Assembly: GCA_963743305.1 (NCBI GenBank)
Contig: CAVUPH010000017.1
Location: 75,073-139,072, forward strand
DNA from: an uncultured delta proteobacterium
GTDB taxonomy: Bacteria; Desulfobacterota; RBG-13-43-22
Length of the DNA stretch: 64,000 nucleotides
Direction of reading: 5' to 3'
Position 1 is the stretch's first letter; every line of letters starts with the position of its first letter. Below, piece by piece: positions 20,433-30,431 of this stretch. Both the position numbers and the translations under genes were made by a program. The notes under the pieces were generated by a model. It made no database searches. It worked only from the letters and a program-made list of their open reading frames with translations, and was not told the origin of the DNA.

Positions 20433-22874
20433 ATGGAAAATACTGAGGATTTCAAAAAGCAACTGGATAAGGCCCTGAATGAGTGCGCTCGCCTGAAGGC
20501 TGAAAATGACCGGTTGCGCCGGAGGCTCGGTGGTATCCCGGAAGGGGAACATTTGACTCCTGAAAAGACCCTTGCAGAACCCAACCTTCCTTTCACGCCA
20601 GCGGCCTTTAAGATTACCAATGATTCTCCTCCGAAAGAAAAAATAGGCCTCTTTAAAAGTCTTTTCCGCGGCCGGGAAGATGTTTATCCGGTTCGCTGGG
20701 AGCGGAAGGATGGCCGGTCCGGGTATTCTCCGGCTTGCGTTCTCGAATGGAAAAGGCCCCTGTGCGGGAAACCGCTGGTAAAATGCGGGGACTGCCGCCA
20801 TCGAAAATTCTTGCCGGTTACTGAGGAAGTCCTCCACCACCATCTTATTGGGAAGCACACCATCGGGGTGTACCCCCTGCTTCCGGATGAAACCTGCTGG
20901 TTTCTGGCTGTCGATTTCGACCGGAAGACCTGGCAGGAAGACGCCGGGGCTTTTATGGCCACCTGCCAAAAGATGGCCATACCGGCGGCCCTGGAAAGGT
21001 CCCGCTCCGGGGAAGGGGGACATGTCTGGCTGTTCTTCCAAAGTCCGGTTTCGGCCTCCCTGGCTCGAAAATTGGGCTGCGCGATCCTGACCCGCACCCT
21101 GGAGGAACGGCATCAACTCGGCCTGGATTCCTACGATCGTTTCTTCCCCAACCAGGATACGCTGCCCAAGGGCGGATTTGGCAATCTGATCGCCCTTCCT
21201 TTGCAGTGGGGCCCCCGGGAAACGGGGAACAGTGTTTTTTTGAATCCGGATGGAGTCCCCTATCCGGACCAGTGGGTTTTCCTGTCCGGTCTCGACCGGC
21301 TCCCGGTTGAGATCGTGGAAGCACGGGTTGGTGAGGCCTCCCGGGCCGGGAAAATAATATCCGTTCGACAAATCCCGACCGATGAACAGCTCGAGGAAGA
21401 TCCTCGGCCCGATTTCCCTTCCGGAAGCAGAACGGCAAGACCCCCGGCCGGACCTTGGCCGAAACAGATCCGTCTGGTGATCAGTGATTTGATCTATATC
21501 GAAAAAGAGGGTTTGCCCCCGTCCATGCTCAACGCCTTAACCCAGTTGGCGGCCTTTCAAAATCCTGAGTTTTACCGGGCTCAGGCTATGCGCCTGCCGA
21601 TCTTTAATATTCCCCGGATCATTTGCTGCGCGGAGGATTTTCCCCAACAGATCGGCCTGCCCCGGGGATGCCTGGAAGAGGTGTTGCGTTTCTTTGAAGA
21701 TGGCGGCACCGCCGTGACAATCGATGATCGACGAAATGAGCCCACCCCGATCAGGGTTCATTTTCTCGGGGAACTCCGTCCCGATCAGGAAGAGGTGGCT
21801 AGAAACCTATTGGGCTATGAAAATGGGATCCTTTCCGCCCCCACCGCCTTTGGTAAAACGGTCATCGCGGCCTGGGTCATTGCCCAAAGGAAGGTCAGCA
21901 CGCTGGTTCTGGTCCATCGAAAACAGCTCCTGGATCAGTGGCGGGATCGATTAGCCGATTTTCTGGATCTGCCCAAAAGTGAAATCGGTCAGATCGGAGG
22001 GGGAAAAGGGCAGCCGACCGGGGTGATCGACGTGGCGGTCCTTCAAAGCCTGGTTCGAAAAGGCGTGGTTAAGGATATCATTTCCGAATATTCACAGGTT
22101 ATTGTGGACGAGTGCCATCATATCCCGGCCTTCAGCTTTGAGCAGGTCTTAAAGAAGGCCAGAGCCCGATTTGTCCTGGGCCTGACGGCTACCCCAATCC
22201 GGAAAGACGGCCACCAGCCCATACTAATGATGCAATGCGGTCCCGTACGGTCTAAGGGGCAGGCCAAAAAAAGCGTTCAGGATGATCCCTTTGAGCATGT
22301 GGTCCTTCCGCGCTTGACCGAATTCAATATACCTCCCCATAAAGATCTGACCATTCAGGAAATCTATAACGCTATGCTGTTCGATCAGGCCCGAAATGAC
22401 TTGATTTTCGATGATTTGTTAACCGCCCTGGAAGCCGGCCGATCTCCCCTTTTACTGACCGAACGAACGGAACATCTCGACCTGCTGGCCGGAAAGCTCA
22501 AAAACTTCGCCAGGAATATGATTATCTTGAAGGGCGGCATGGGGAAGAAGCAACGGACCGCCGTCAACGAACAAATGAAGTCCATCCCGGACCGGGAAGA
22601 GCGCCTGATACTGGCCACCGGCCGGTACATCGGCGAGGGGTTTGACGATGCCCGCCTGGATACGCTGTTTCTGGTCATGCCCATCTCCTGGCGGGGCACA
22701 CTGCAACAATATGTGGGACGTTTGCATCGACTCCATGACAATAAACGGGTGGTGCAGGTTTATGATTATGTGGATAAAAAAGTCCCGATGCTGATGCGGA
22801 TGTACCACAAGCGGCTGATCGGCTATAAGGCCCTTGGCTATAAATTAGAAATACCAAGTGGCCGGCAAGCTTAA
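20433..22874 (+). CDS. AEP primase-like domain (TOTE-type) fused to a superfamily II helicase
   Basis: FLAVDFD, ERSRSGEGGHVW and GNLIALPLQ; APTAFGKT, DECHH, GLTATP and QYVGRLHR. Confidence 0.85.
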   Translation: MENTEDFKKQLDKALNECARLKAENDRLRRRLGGIPEGEHLTPEKTLAEPNLPFTPAAFKITNDSPPKEKIGLFKSLFRGREDVYPVRWERKDGRSGYSPACVLEWKRPLCGKPLVKCGDCRHRKFLPVTEEVLHHHLIGKHTIGVYPLLPDETCWFLAVDFDRKTWQEDAGAFMATCQKMAIPAALERSRSGEGGHVWLFFQSPVSASLARKLGCAILTRTLEERHQLGLDSYDRFFPNQDTLPKGGFGNLIALPLQWGPRETGNSVFLNPDGVPYPDQWVFLSGLDRLPVEIVEARVGEASRAGKIISVRQIPTDEQLEEDPRPDFPSGSRTARPPAGPWPKQIRLVISDLIYIEKEGLPPSMLNALTQLAAFQNPEFYRAQAMRLPIFNIPRIICCAEDFPQQIGLPRGCLEEVLRFFEDGGTAVTIDDRRNEPTPIRVHFLGELRPDQEEVARNLLGYENGILSAPTAFGKTVIAAWVIAQRKVSTLVLVHRKQLLDQWRDRLADFLDLPKSEIGQIGGGKGQPTGVIDVAVLQSLVRKGVVKDIISEYSQVIVDECHHIPAFSFEQVLKKARARFVLGLTATPIRKDGHQPILMMQCGPVRSKGQAKKSVQDDPFEHVVLPRLTEFNIPPHKDLTIQEIYNAMLFDQARNDLIFDDLLTALEAGRSPLLLTERTEHLDLLAGKLKNFARNMIILKGGMGKKQRTAVNEQMKSIPDREERLILATGRYIGEGFDDARLDTLFLVMPISWRGTLQQYVGRLHRLHDNKRVVQVYDYVDKKVPMLMRMYHKRLIGYKALGYKLEIPSGRQA

Positions 22875-22946
22875 ATGATTCGTAGACCAGGGTTGATAGA
22901 TTCTGTCTTTATCGATATAATTATGCTGAAGAGGTACTTATTCCCT

Positions 22947-23213
22947 ATGAATTACCTGAAAGCCGCATTTTGGGACTACCCTCAGTTTACCGAGGAGGCA
23001 ACGCTCCGGGCTTGTTTGCAGGAGCGGAAGGATACCACCTTGTATTTTTGGCTAATGAGTAGATTTCTGGAATACGCTCGGGTCGTGGATACCCTGAAAT
23101 TTTTTGCGATAGACGAAATTGCCGGACAATTGTCCAGGCTGAAGCTTCGGCCCTATACCCGAATAAAATGGACCCGGATGGTCGAGATCTATGGAACCTC
23201 TTCAGGAAAATAA
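22947..23213 (+). CDS. Small putative antitoxin (FWDY motif) of an AbiE-type pair
   Basis: AAFWDY..RFLEY pattern; overlaps the nucleotidyltransferase gene. Confidence 0.55.
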   Translation: MNYLKAAFWDYPQFTEEATLRACLQERKDTTLYFWLMSRFLEYARVVDTLKFFAIDEIAGQLSRLKLRPYTRIKWTRMVEIYGTSSGK

Positions 23214-23880
23214 AGCCGGTTACGCCTCGGCCGCCCAACGGGAGGTTTTACTGAGCCTAGTGGAACACCCGACCATTCGTGATGTTTCATTTCTGACCGG
23301 CGGGACGGCCCTTTCCGTTTTTTATCTCAGTCACCGTGTATCGGATGATATCGATTTGTTTTCCGTTGAACCGATTGATTTGCCGGAGTTGGATTTTTGG
23401 ACTAAGACCCGCTGGGGGGCGCGCTGTTCCCAACTCCGGAAGAGCCCCCAATTCCTCTCCCTATTAATCGACGGGGTTAAGGTCGACCTGGTAATAGACC
23501 CTCTTTCTTTTCGAGATCCACGGCAACGATTCGAGTTCGATAGCCAGAGATCTCTTCAGGTGGACACTCTGTCCAACATTGCCTCCAATAAACTCACCGC
23601 CGTCGTGAGTAGAACGGAACCAAAAGATTATGTCGATTTGTATTTGATCCTCAAGATTTTTCCTGAATATAGGTTGGAAGGCCTTTATCAAAAAAGTCGT
23701 TTGAAAGATGCTATCTTTGATGACCCACCAACGGCTGCTTTTCAATTGGAGACCGGTGTTGCTTTTTTAAAGGAAAACCCATCTCTTAAGCCAAAGATGA
23801 TCAAGGAATTAAATTGGGAGGATCTTTTCGATTTTTATAGGCGGTTAACTCGCTGGGTCTATGACTTGGTCAAACTGTAA
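23191..23880 (+). CDS. AbiEii/AbiGii nucleotidyltransferase toxin
   Basis: LTGGTAL..HRVSDDIDLF and NKL..RTEPKDYVDLY. Confidence 0.88.
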   Translation: MEPLQENKAGYASAAQREVLLSLVEHPTIRDVSFLTGGTALSVFYLSHRVSDDIDLFSVEPIDLPELDFWTKTRWGARCSQLRKSPQFLSLLIDGVKVDLVIDPLSFRDPRQRFEFDSQRSLQVDTLSNIASNKLTAVVSRTEPKDYVDLYLILKIFPEYRLEGLYQKSRLKDAIFDDPPTAAFQLETGVAFLKENPSLKPKMIKELNWEDLFDFYRRLTRWVYDLVKL

Positions 23881-23889
23881 CTTTTCCAA

Positions 23890-25023
23890 ATGGAACCACT
23901 ACCGACATTAACCCCGATTCCCGCAGCGACTGCCTGCTGACCCTCCAAGGCCCCGGCTCAGGTGAGCCCGCCCCGGATGGATCAGCCTTTCGTGATTGGC
24001 CGGATCACTACCCCTGTGGGTGAGGTGCCGCAGGTTTCTTCCGAACTGACGCCGGCCGATCGGTGGGGCGCGGTCAAGGCTCGCTGGGGGGTGGGACGGA
24101 TGCATTTCACCGTCGATCCCGGGCTGTATGCCCTGGGAAATCCCAACGGAGAATCTTCGGTCCTGGTTACCGCCAATTACAAAATGAGCTTCGACGCCCT
24201 GCGTCGGGCCTTGCCCGGTCTGGAGGCCTGGATTCTGGTGCTGGATACCCGAGGGATCAACGTCTGGTGCGCCGCCGGCAAGGGCACCTTCGGGACCGGG
24301 GAACTGGTTGGGAGGATCCAGAGTAGTGGTTTGGAGCAAGTCGTTAAACGTCGAAAAATAATCTTGCCGCAGTTGTCCGGTCCGGGCGTGGCCGGTCATC
24401 AGGTGAAAAAAATGTCAGGCTTCCAGGCGGTCTTCGGGCCCGTCCGGGCCTACGACCTGCCTGCTTATCTTTCGGCCGGCTGCCGGGCCACCCCGGACAT
24501 GCGCCGCAAGACCTTCACCCTTCGGGAACGGGCCGTCCTGATCCCCGTGGAGCTGGTGCAGGCCCTCAAGCCCGCTTTGCTGGTCATGCTGGCCTTTTTT
24601 CTGCTAAGCGGTCTTGGAGGATCGGCCGGATATTGGACCAATCTCGGGCATAATGGCCCCTGGTCGGTACTGGGTATCCTATCGACCCTGTTGACCGGAG
24701 CCGTATTGACACCCCTATTACTGCCCTGGGTCCCCGGCCGGGCTTTTTCACTCAAAGGTTGGATTCTTGGTCTGGCTTCGGCCTGGGGCTTTATACTCTT
24801 GCGGGGATTTTCTCCAAGAAGCGGATTTCATCCGTTGGAAGCCCTGGCCTGGCTGCTCCTTTTGCCGGCCTTATCGGCCTACCTGGCCATGAATTTTACC
24901 GGGGCCTCGACCTATACTTCCCTTTCCGGGGTCAAGAAGGAAATGCGCTGGGCCGTGCCCCTGGAAATCGGTTTTGGTGCTGCCGGTTTAATACTCTGGG
25001 TGGCGGCGCGATTTTATTTTTAA
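23890..25023 (+). CDS. hgcA: Mercury methylation corrinoid protein with an N-terminal Cys-Sec extension (TGA 23938-23940)
   Basis: Cap-helix motif NVWCAAGK, TANYKMSFD, C-terminal TM helices and MNFTGASTYTSLSGV; the upstream ATG is in frame through TGC-TGA. Confidence 0.95.
23949..23972 (+). promoter_or_regulatory. Candidate SECIS hairpin of hgcA
   Basis: GGCTC-AGGT-GAGCC at 23955-23968; the loop starts 20 nt after the TGA. Confidence 0.6.
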
Positions 25024-25030
25024 AAAGTCA

Positions 25031-25140
25031 TGTCATTGAGAGGAGCGAAACGACGAAGCAATCCCCGAGTCAGCTTATGGTGTTCCCTAAGCTTGCCATG
25101 GAGATTGCTTCCCCCGGATCGAGTCCGGGGTCGCAAGGAC
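25031..25140 (+). repeat. REP-like palindromic element between hgcA and hgcB
   Basis: GTCATTGAGAGGAGCGAAACGACGAAGCAATC...GATTGCTTC...TCGCAAGGAC. Confidence 0.7.
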
Positions 25141-25176
25141 ATAGGTATTTTATACTCGGATTAAGGGTGAGACGTT

Positions 25177-25515
25177 ATGGCGGAATTGATTTATCTCAAA
25201 AATGTGGTGACCCTGCGACTGGATCCGGAAAAATGTACCGGTTGCGGGACCTGTCTGGAAGTCTGCCCCCGACAGGTGCTGGCTTTGAACGGGAAGAAGG
25301 TCCGGATCGCCAACCGGGATGCCTGCATGGAATGCGGGGCTTGCGCCCTGAATTGTCCTTTCGCCGCCCTGGCGGTCGAAGCCGGAGTGGGTTGCGCGGC
25401 GGCCGTGATCAATTCCGCCCTGGGGCGTAGCGGTGACTCCTGTTGCTGCGTTATCGAACCGAAGAAACCCGGGTTATCCCCCGAACCGGTATCTCAAAAA
25501 CCCTCCTGCGGTTAG
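25177..25515 (+). CDS. hgcB: Mercury methylation ferredoxin
   Basis: Two CxxCxxCxxxCP motifs including CMECGAC, plus GVGCA and C-terminal CCC; directly after hgcA. Confidence 0.95.
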   Translation: MAELIYLKNVVTLRLDPEKCTGCGTCLEVCPRQVLALNGKKVRIANRDACMECGACALNCPFAALAVEAGVGCAAAVINSALGRSGDSCCCVIEPKKPGLSPEPVSQKPSCG

Positions 25516-25626
25516 ACCTCCTTTTTCTTTTTTCCCCACCGCGATTTCTTCGGCCTTGATAAAAAAACCCTCAAAAGGTATGTGATAGGGATAGGATCAA
25601 CGGACATGGGGGAGGGGAAGGCCATT

Positions 25627-28303
25627 ATGAGCATCCACCATTTGGATAAATTCTTCCATCCCGTCTCGGTGGCGGTGGTCGGTGCCAGCCCCCGGGAGGG
25701 AACTATTGGGGCGGCCCTGGTTAAAAATATCCTCGCCGGAGGGTATGGCGGAAAGCTTTTTTTAGTCAATCCGCAGCATAAGGAGATTCACGGGTTGTCC
25801 GTCTCGCCGACCTTATCCCAAATCCCGGATGCCGTCGATCTAGCGGTCCTAGCCACCCCCCTTCCAACGGTCCCCAAGATTATGGAGGAGTGCGTCCGGA
25901 AACAGGTGAAGGCGGCGGTGATTATCTCCGCCGGAGGCAAAGAGACCGGGGAGTCCGGAACCCGATTGGAAACACAGATTAGGGAGACGGCCCATCGCGG
26001 CGGTGTCCGTGTTATGGGTCCCAACTGTCTCGGAGTGGTCTGTTCAGATGGCCGCCTCAACGCCAGCTTTGCCAGCCATATGCCTCTTCCGGGGAAAATG
26101 GCCTTTGTCTCCCAGAGCGGCGCCATCTGCACGGCCATTCTGGACTTGTCCCTCAAGGAGCAGATCGGCTTCAGCCATTTTGTCAGCGTGGGTTCCATGC
26201 TGGACGTGGACTTCGGGGACCTGATTGATTTTCTGGGAAACGATTCCCGGGTAACCAGCATTGTCCTCTATATCGAGAGCCTGACGAATTTTCGGAAGTT
26301 CATGAGTGCGGCCCGGGCGGTTTCCCGGGTGAAACCGATCATCGTCTTGAAATCAGGCCGCAGTCCGGCCGGGGCTAAAGCGGCTTCCTCTCATACCGGG
26401 GCTTTGGCCGGAGAAGATGCCGTGTATGAGGCGGCCTTCCAGCGGGCCGGCATCAAGCGGGTGCATACCGTGGCCGAACTATTTGACTGCGCCGAGCTGC
26501 TGGCCAAACAACCCCGTCCCACCGGCTCCGGGCTGATCATTATCACCAATGCGGGCGGACCGGGCGTCATGGCCGCCGATGCCCTGGCCGAATACGGACT
26601 GGAGCCGCTGGCCCTCAAACCGGAAACGCTGGAACGGCTGAACGAAATTTTACCGCCCTTCTGGAGCCGGGGAAATCCCGTGGATATCCTGGGTGATGCC
26701 GACGTGGAGCGGTTCCGCCGGACCGTCGCGGTCTGCCTCCGGGACCCCGGGATTAATGGGCTGCTCGTAATGACCGCCCCGCAGGCCCTGACCGACCCGA
26801 CCGCCATCGCCGAGGCCTTGACCCCCATGCTTTCCGGGAGCCGCTGTCCAATTTTTACGGTTTGGATGGGCGGCCGCGATGTGGAGCGAGGTCGGGAGGT
26901 TTTCAACCAGGCCGGGATCCCCACTTATGAAACGCCGGAACAGGCGGTCCGGGCCTTCTGGCACCTGGTATCCTATAAACGGAACCTGGAGTTGCTACAG
27001 GAGATACCGCCCAAGCTGCCCACCATTCTGAAATACGATCAGGAGCGAGCGCGAAAAATCATCGACCGGGCGCTCCGGGAAAAAACGGAGACATTGACCG
27101 AGATCGAAGCCAAAGCCCTGCTTTCAGCATACGGGATACCGGTTAACCGGACCGAGGCGGCCTCCGAGGCGGAGGCGGCGGTTAAGCTGGCCGAGGCCAT
27201 GGGGTATCCGGTGGTTTTGAAAATCCTGTCCCGGGATATCCTCCATAAAACCGATGCGCGCGGAGTGGAACTCAATCTTCAGCACGCCGAAGACGTCCGG
27301 CAGGCCTTTGAACATATCCTGGCCCGGGCCCGGGCCTATGATCCCCGGGCCCGGTTGGAAGGCGTAACCGTTCAACCGCTGGTGCGGCGTTCGGATTATG
27401 AACTGATCCTGGGCAGCAAAAAGGATCCGGATTTTGGCCCGGTCATTCTTTTCGGCCTGGGCGGGATCATGACCGAGGTGCTGAAAGATCATGCCGTCGC
27501 CCTGCCCCCCTTAAACCGGCTGCTGGCCCGTCGCCTGATTGAAAGCACCCGCGTTTATAAACTGCTGAAGGGGTATCGTAACCGTCCTCCGGCCGACTTG
27601 CCTCTGCTGGAAGAGATCCTGATCCGCCTGTCTCAACTGGTGACGGATTTTCCTGAAATCACGGAGATGGATATCAACCCGTTGATTATGGATCCGGAAG
27701 GCGCCTGGGCCGTGGATTGCCGGGTGCTCATCGGACGCTCGGATGTGGTCTCTCCGAAGCATCTGGTGATCAGCCCCTATCCCAACCAGTATGAAAAGAC
27801 TCTGATCAGCCGGGGAGGAATACCCTCTTTGGGTCCGGCCCATCAAACCGGAAGATGCCCCATTGCTGGTGGGCCTTTTCCGGGTGTTGTCGACCCGAAG
27901 CATTTATTTCCGATTTTTCCGGCCCCTCAAGGAGATTCCTCCGGACCTGCTGGTCCGGTTTACCCAGATCGATTACGACCGGGACGTGGCCCTGGTGGCG
28001 ATCGATCAAAATGGTGAGGGGGAACGGATGCTGGGTGTCTCTCGGTTGATGGGCGATCCCGACGGAATCGAGGCGGAATTCGCTGTGCTGGTGGGGGATC
28101 CCTGGCAAGGAAAAGGGATCGGAGCAGCCCTGCTGGAAAGCTGTCTGGCTATCGCCCGGGAGCGTGGATTCCGATCTATCTGGGGGATCGCTTTGAAGGA
28201 AAACACCCAGATGCTGGAATTAGGCCGGCTGCTGGGCTTTGAAATCGCCTACGAGCCGGGGGCGGGTGAATATACCTTGCGACTGGACCTAAATAAGAAA
28301 TAA
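25627..28303 (+). CDS. Bifunctional acyl-CoA synthetase (NDP-forming)-like / GNAT protein acetyltransferase (Pat type); frameshift at ~27830
   Basis: GPNCLG, SQSGA, SHTGALAG, NPVDILGDA and ATP-grasp HKTD; GNAT LVGDPWQGKGIG in the next frame. Confidence 0.9.
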
Positions 28304-28313
28304 AGGAATACGG

Positions 28314-29711
28314 ATGCTGACCATTGTCCTATTAGTTATCGATCTGATTTTTTTGGTTGGGGCCGGATTGTTTACCCATGAAAGCCTGCGGGAAAAAGAG
28401 CCGCGGGCGCCAAAATTCGGGGTCGCCGCGGTCTTTTTCCATCTGGGGTTGGCGGTACTCATTCTGACTGTCCCGCCCAGTCGACCCTTCCTGGCCGTGT
28501 TCTTCGGAATCCTGGTATTCCTTTTCCTCCTTTTCCTGATACCGGGAAAATCCAATCCTCGGGCCTTGAAGGGGACGGAGGGATACGCGGTCGGTCCGGT
28601 GACCCGTTTCGACGAGCGGGATATTGTCTTCGCTCGTAACCGTTCCCTGCCGCCGGGATCAGAACAATATCGACAATATTATGATCAGCATCCGGACAAG
28701 GAAGAGGTCGATGCCCGGAGGCGGGAACGGGGCGGTCCTATCGGACGTCCGGGGTCCATCGACAACGGGTATCCTCCCAATGTTTCTATGATCCTGGCTT
28801 CCTTCGCCCTCCCGGGTTTCCTGGCCGGCCAGGCGCTGGGGATGCCTGATCCTGCCAAGGCGCCGGTATCGCTGAATTCGAAGGAAGCTTCCGAAATAGT
28901 CAAAGGATTTGCCCGCCATCTGGGGGCCGCGCTGGTCGGGATCTGCCGGGTTAACCCCCTCTGGGCTTATTCCCACCGGGGAGAAATCTTTAATAATAAC
29001 TGGGAGGATTGGGGGAAAGAAATCGGCCAACCACTGCCCTATGCGGTAGTCATCGCCACGGAGATGGACCTGGAAAACGTCGGCGCCGGTCCTCATACGC
29101 CGGCCCTGGTGGAGAGTTCGGCCAACTATGCTTTAGGAGCCTATATCACCACCATCCTGGCCCAATGGTTCGGAGGCCTCGGCTATCGGGCAGTGGCCCA
29201 CCATAACCGGCACTATGATCTGCTTCTGGTGCCCCTGGCCGTTGAAGCCGGTTTGGGCGAATTGGGACGGCACGGCTATTTGGTGGCGGATCAACTGGGT
29301 CCCCGGGTTCGGCTGTTTGCCGTGACGACGGACATGCCCCTCCAAGCGGACCGTCCCATTGATAAAGGGGTCGAGGCCTTCTGTCGCACCTGTAAGAAAT
29401 GCGCCACCGCCTGCCCATCCCGGTCGATCCCCCTGGAAAGGATGACCGTCCAAAACGGGCTGGAGCGGTGGAAGCTGAACGAAGAGACCTGTTTCGATTA
29501 CTGGGGGAAGGTCGGCACGGACTGCTCGGTTTGTATGGGGATCTGTCCCTTCTCCCGGCCCAACCGCTCCGTCCACCGGAGCGTGAAATGGCTGCTGCCC
29601 CGGTCCTGGCTGGCCCAACGAATTCTGCCCCATCTGGATAATTGGATCTATGGCCAAAAGTGGAAACCCAGGGCGGTGGCGCCCTGGGTGCAATATTTAT
29701 GGGATCGCTAG
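28314..29711 (+). CDS. Reductive dehalogenase-like cobalamin/2x[4Fe-4S] protein with N-terminal TM helices
   Basis: GAALVGI, AGLGELGR, GPRVRL..VTTDMPL, FCRTCKKCATACP and CSVCMGICP. Confidence 0.75.
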   Translation: MLTIVLLVIDLIFLVGAGLFTHESLREKEPRAPKFGVAAVFFHLGLAVLILTVPPSRPFLAVFFGILVFLFLLFLIPGKSNPRALKGTEGYAVGPVTRFDERDIVFARNRSLPPGSEQYRQYYDQHPDKEEVDARRRERGGPIGRPGSIDNGYPPNVSMILASFALPGFLAGQALGMPDPAKAPVSLNSKEASEIVKGFARHLGAALVGICRVNPLWAYSHRGEIFNNNWEDWGKEIGQPLPYAVVIATEMDLENVGAGPHTPALVESSANYALGAYITTILAQWFGGLGYRAVAHHNRHYDLLLVPLAVEAGLGELGRHGYLVADQLGPRVRLFAVTTDMPLQADRPIDKGVEAFCRTCKKCATACPSRSIPLERMTVQNGLERWKLNEETCFDYWGKVGTDCSVCMGICPFSRPNRSVHRSVKWLLPRSWLAQRILPHLDNWIYGQKWKPRAVAPWVQYLWDR

Positions 29712-29718
29712 CATTTTT

Positions 29719-30345
29719 TTATTTTTGAATCAGGGGGAGTAAGATTACATAGGGGGGCAAGGCAATGTGAGCTGGAACAGCTATGATCGGGACGCCATCC
29801 GTCCCGGCCTCGAGCGCGCGTACGGGCGCTCCCGAAGTGATCATGAACGTAACGGTATCCAAGGTTGCCGAAAGGGACCGCTTGCCGGATCCGGAGGCCA
29901 CCACCGCAGAGACGCGATAGATCCCATAGTCCACGCCGGCGGTACTCAGCACCAGCAGAAAATTGCCGGAACCATCGCAAGGGACGTTCGGCGGGAGCGG
30001 AATATCATTTACCAGGATGAGGACTTGAGCGTTGGGCGGAAACCCTGCTCCCCGGAGAGTGAAAAAGCTGCCCACTTCTCCGGAGCCGTAATTGATGTTG
30101 ATCGTCCGAGTATTTCCGGTGACTACCTCCAGGTTGATCCGGTTCCCGGCCTGGTCATAGACATAACGGATGGTACCGCTGCTGCCGTAATCGGCCTTGA
30201 CCAGTTGCCCGTTCTGGTCGTAGGAGTACGTGATGGTCATCGTCGCGCTCCAGGCCGACGACGGTCTGAATACGGCGGCGGCTAAAAATAAGATGAACAA
30301 CGCTGCCCAGGCCGATGTCGTTCCGATCCTCAATATCCGATCCAT
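29719..30345 (-). CDS. Exported protein with a short YD-repeat unit and a beta-rich domain
   Basis: Signal peptide ending AWSA; YSYDQNGQL..YVYDQAGNR; C-terminal YVILLPLIQK. Confidence 0.7.
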   Translation of the reverse strand: MDRILRIGTTSAWAALFILFLAAAVFRPSSAWSATMTITYSYDQNGQLVKADYGSSGTIRYVYDQAGNRINLEVVTGNTRTININYGSGEVGSFFTLRGAGFPPNAQVLILVNDIPLPPNVPCDGSGNFLLVLSTAGVDYGIYRVSAVVASGSGKRSLSATLDTVTFMITSGAPVRALEAGTDGVPIIAVPAHIALPPYVILLPLIQK

Positions 30346-30431
30346 AGAATTATTACCTCGTGATTCTCAAGCCTTTCCTGATAGGCGTCCATCCAAGGAA
30401 ATTCCTCTGAGCATTAGCTCTCCTGTTTCTC

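Noticed and set aside
27800-27870. Programmed frameshift separating the ligase and GNAT domains
   Set aside because: No slippery heptamer is evident and the window has many similar indels.
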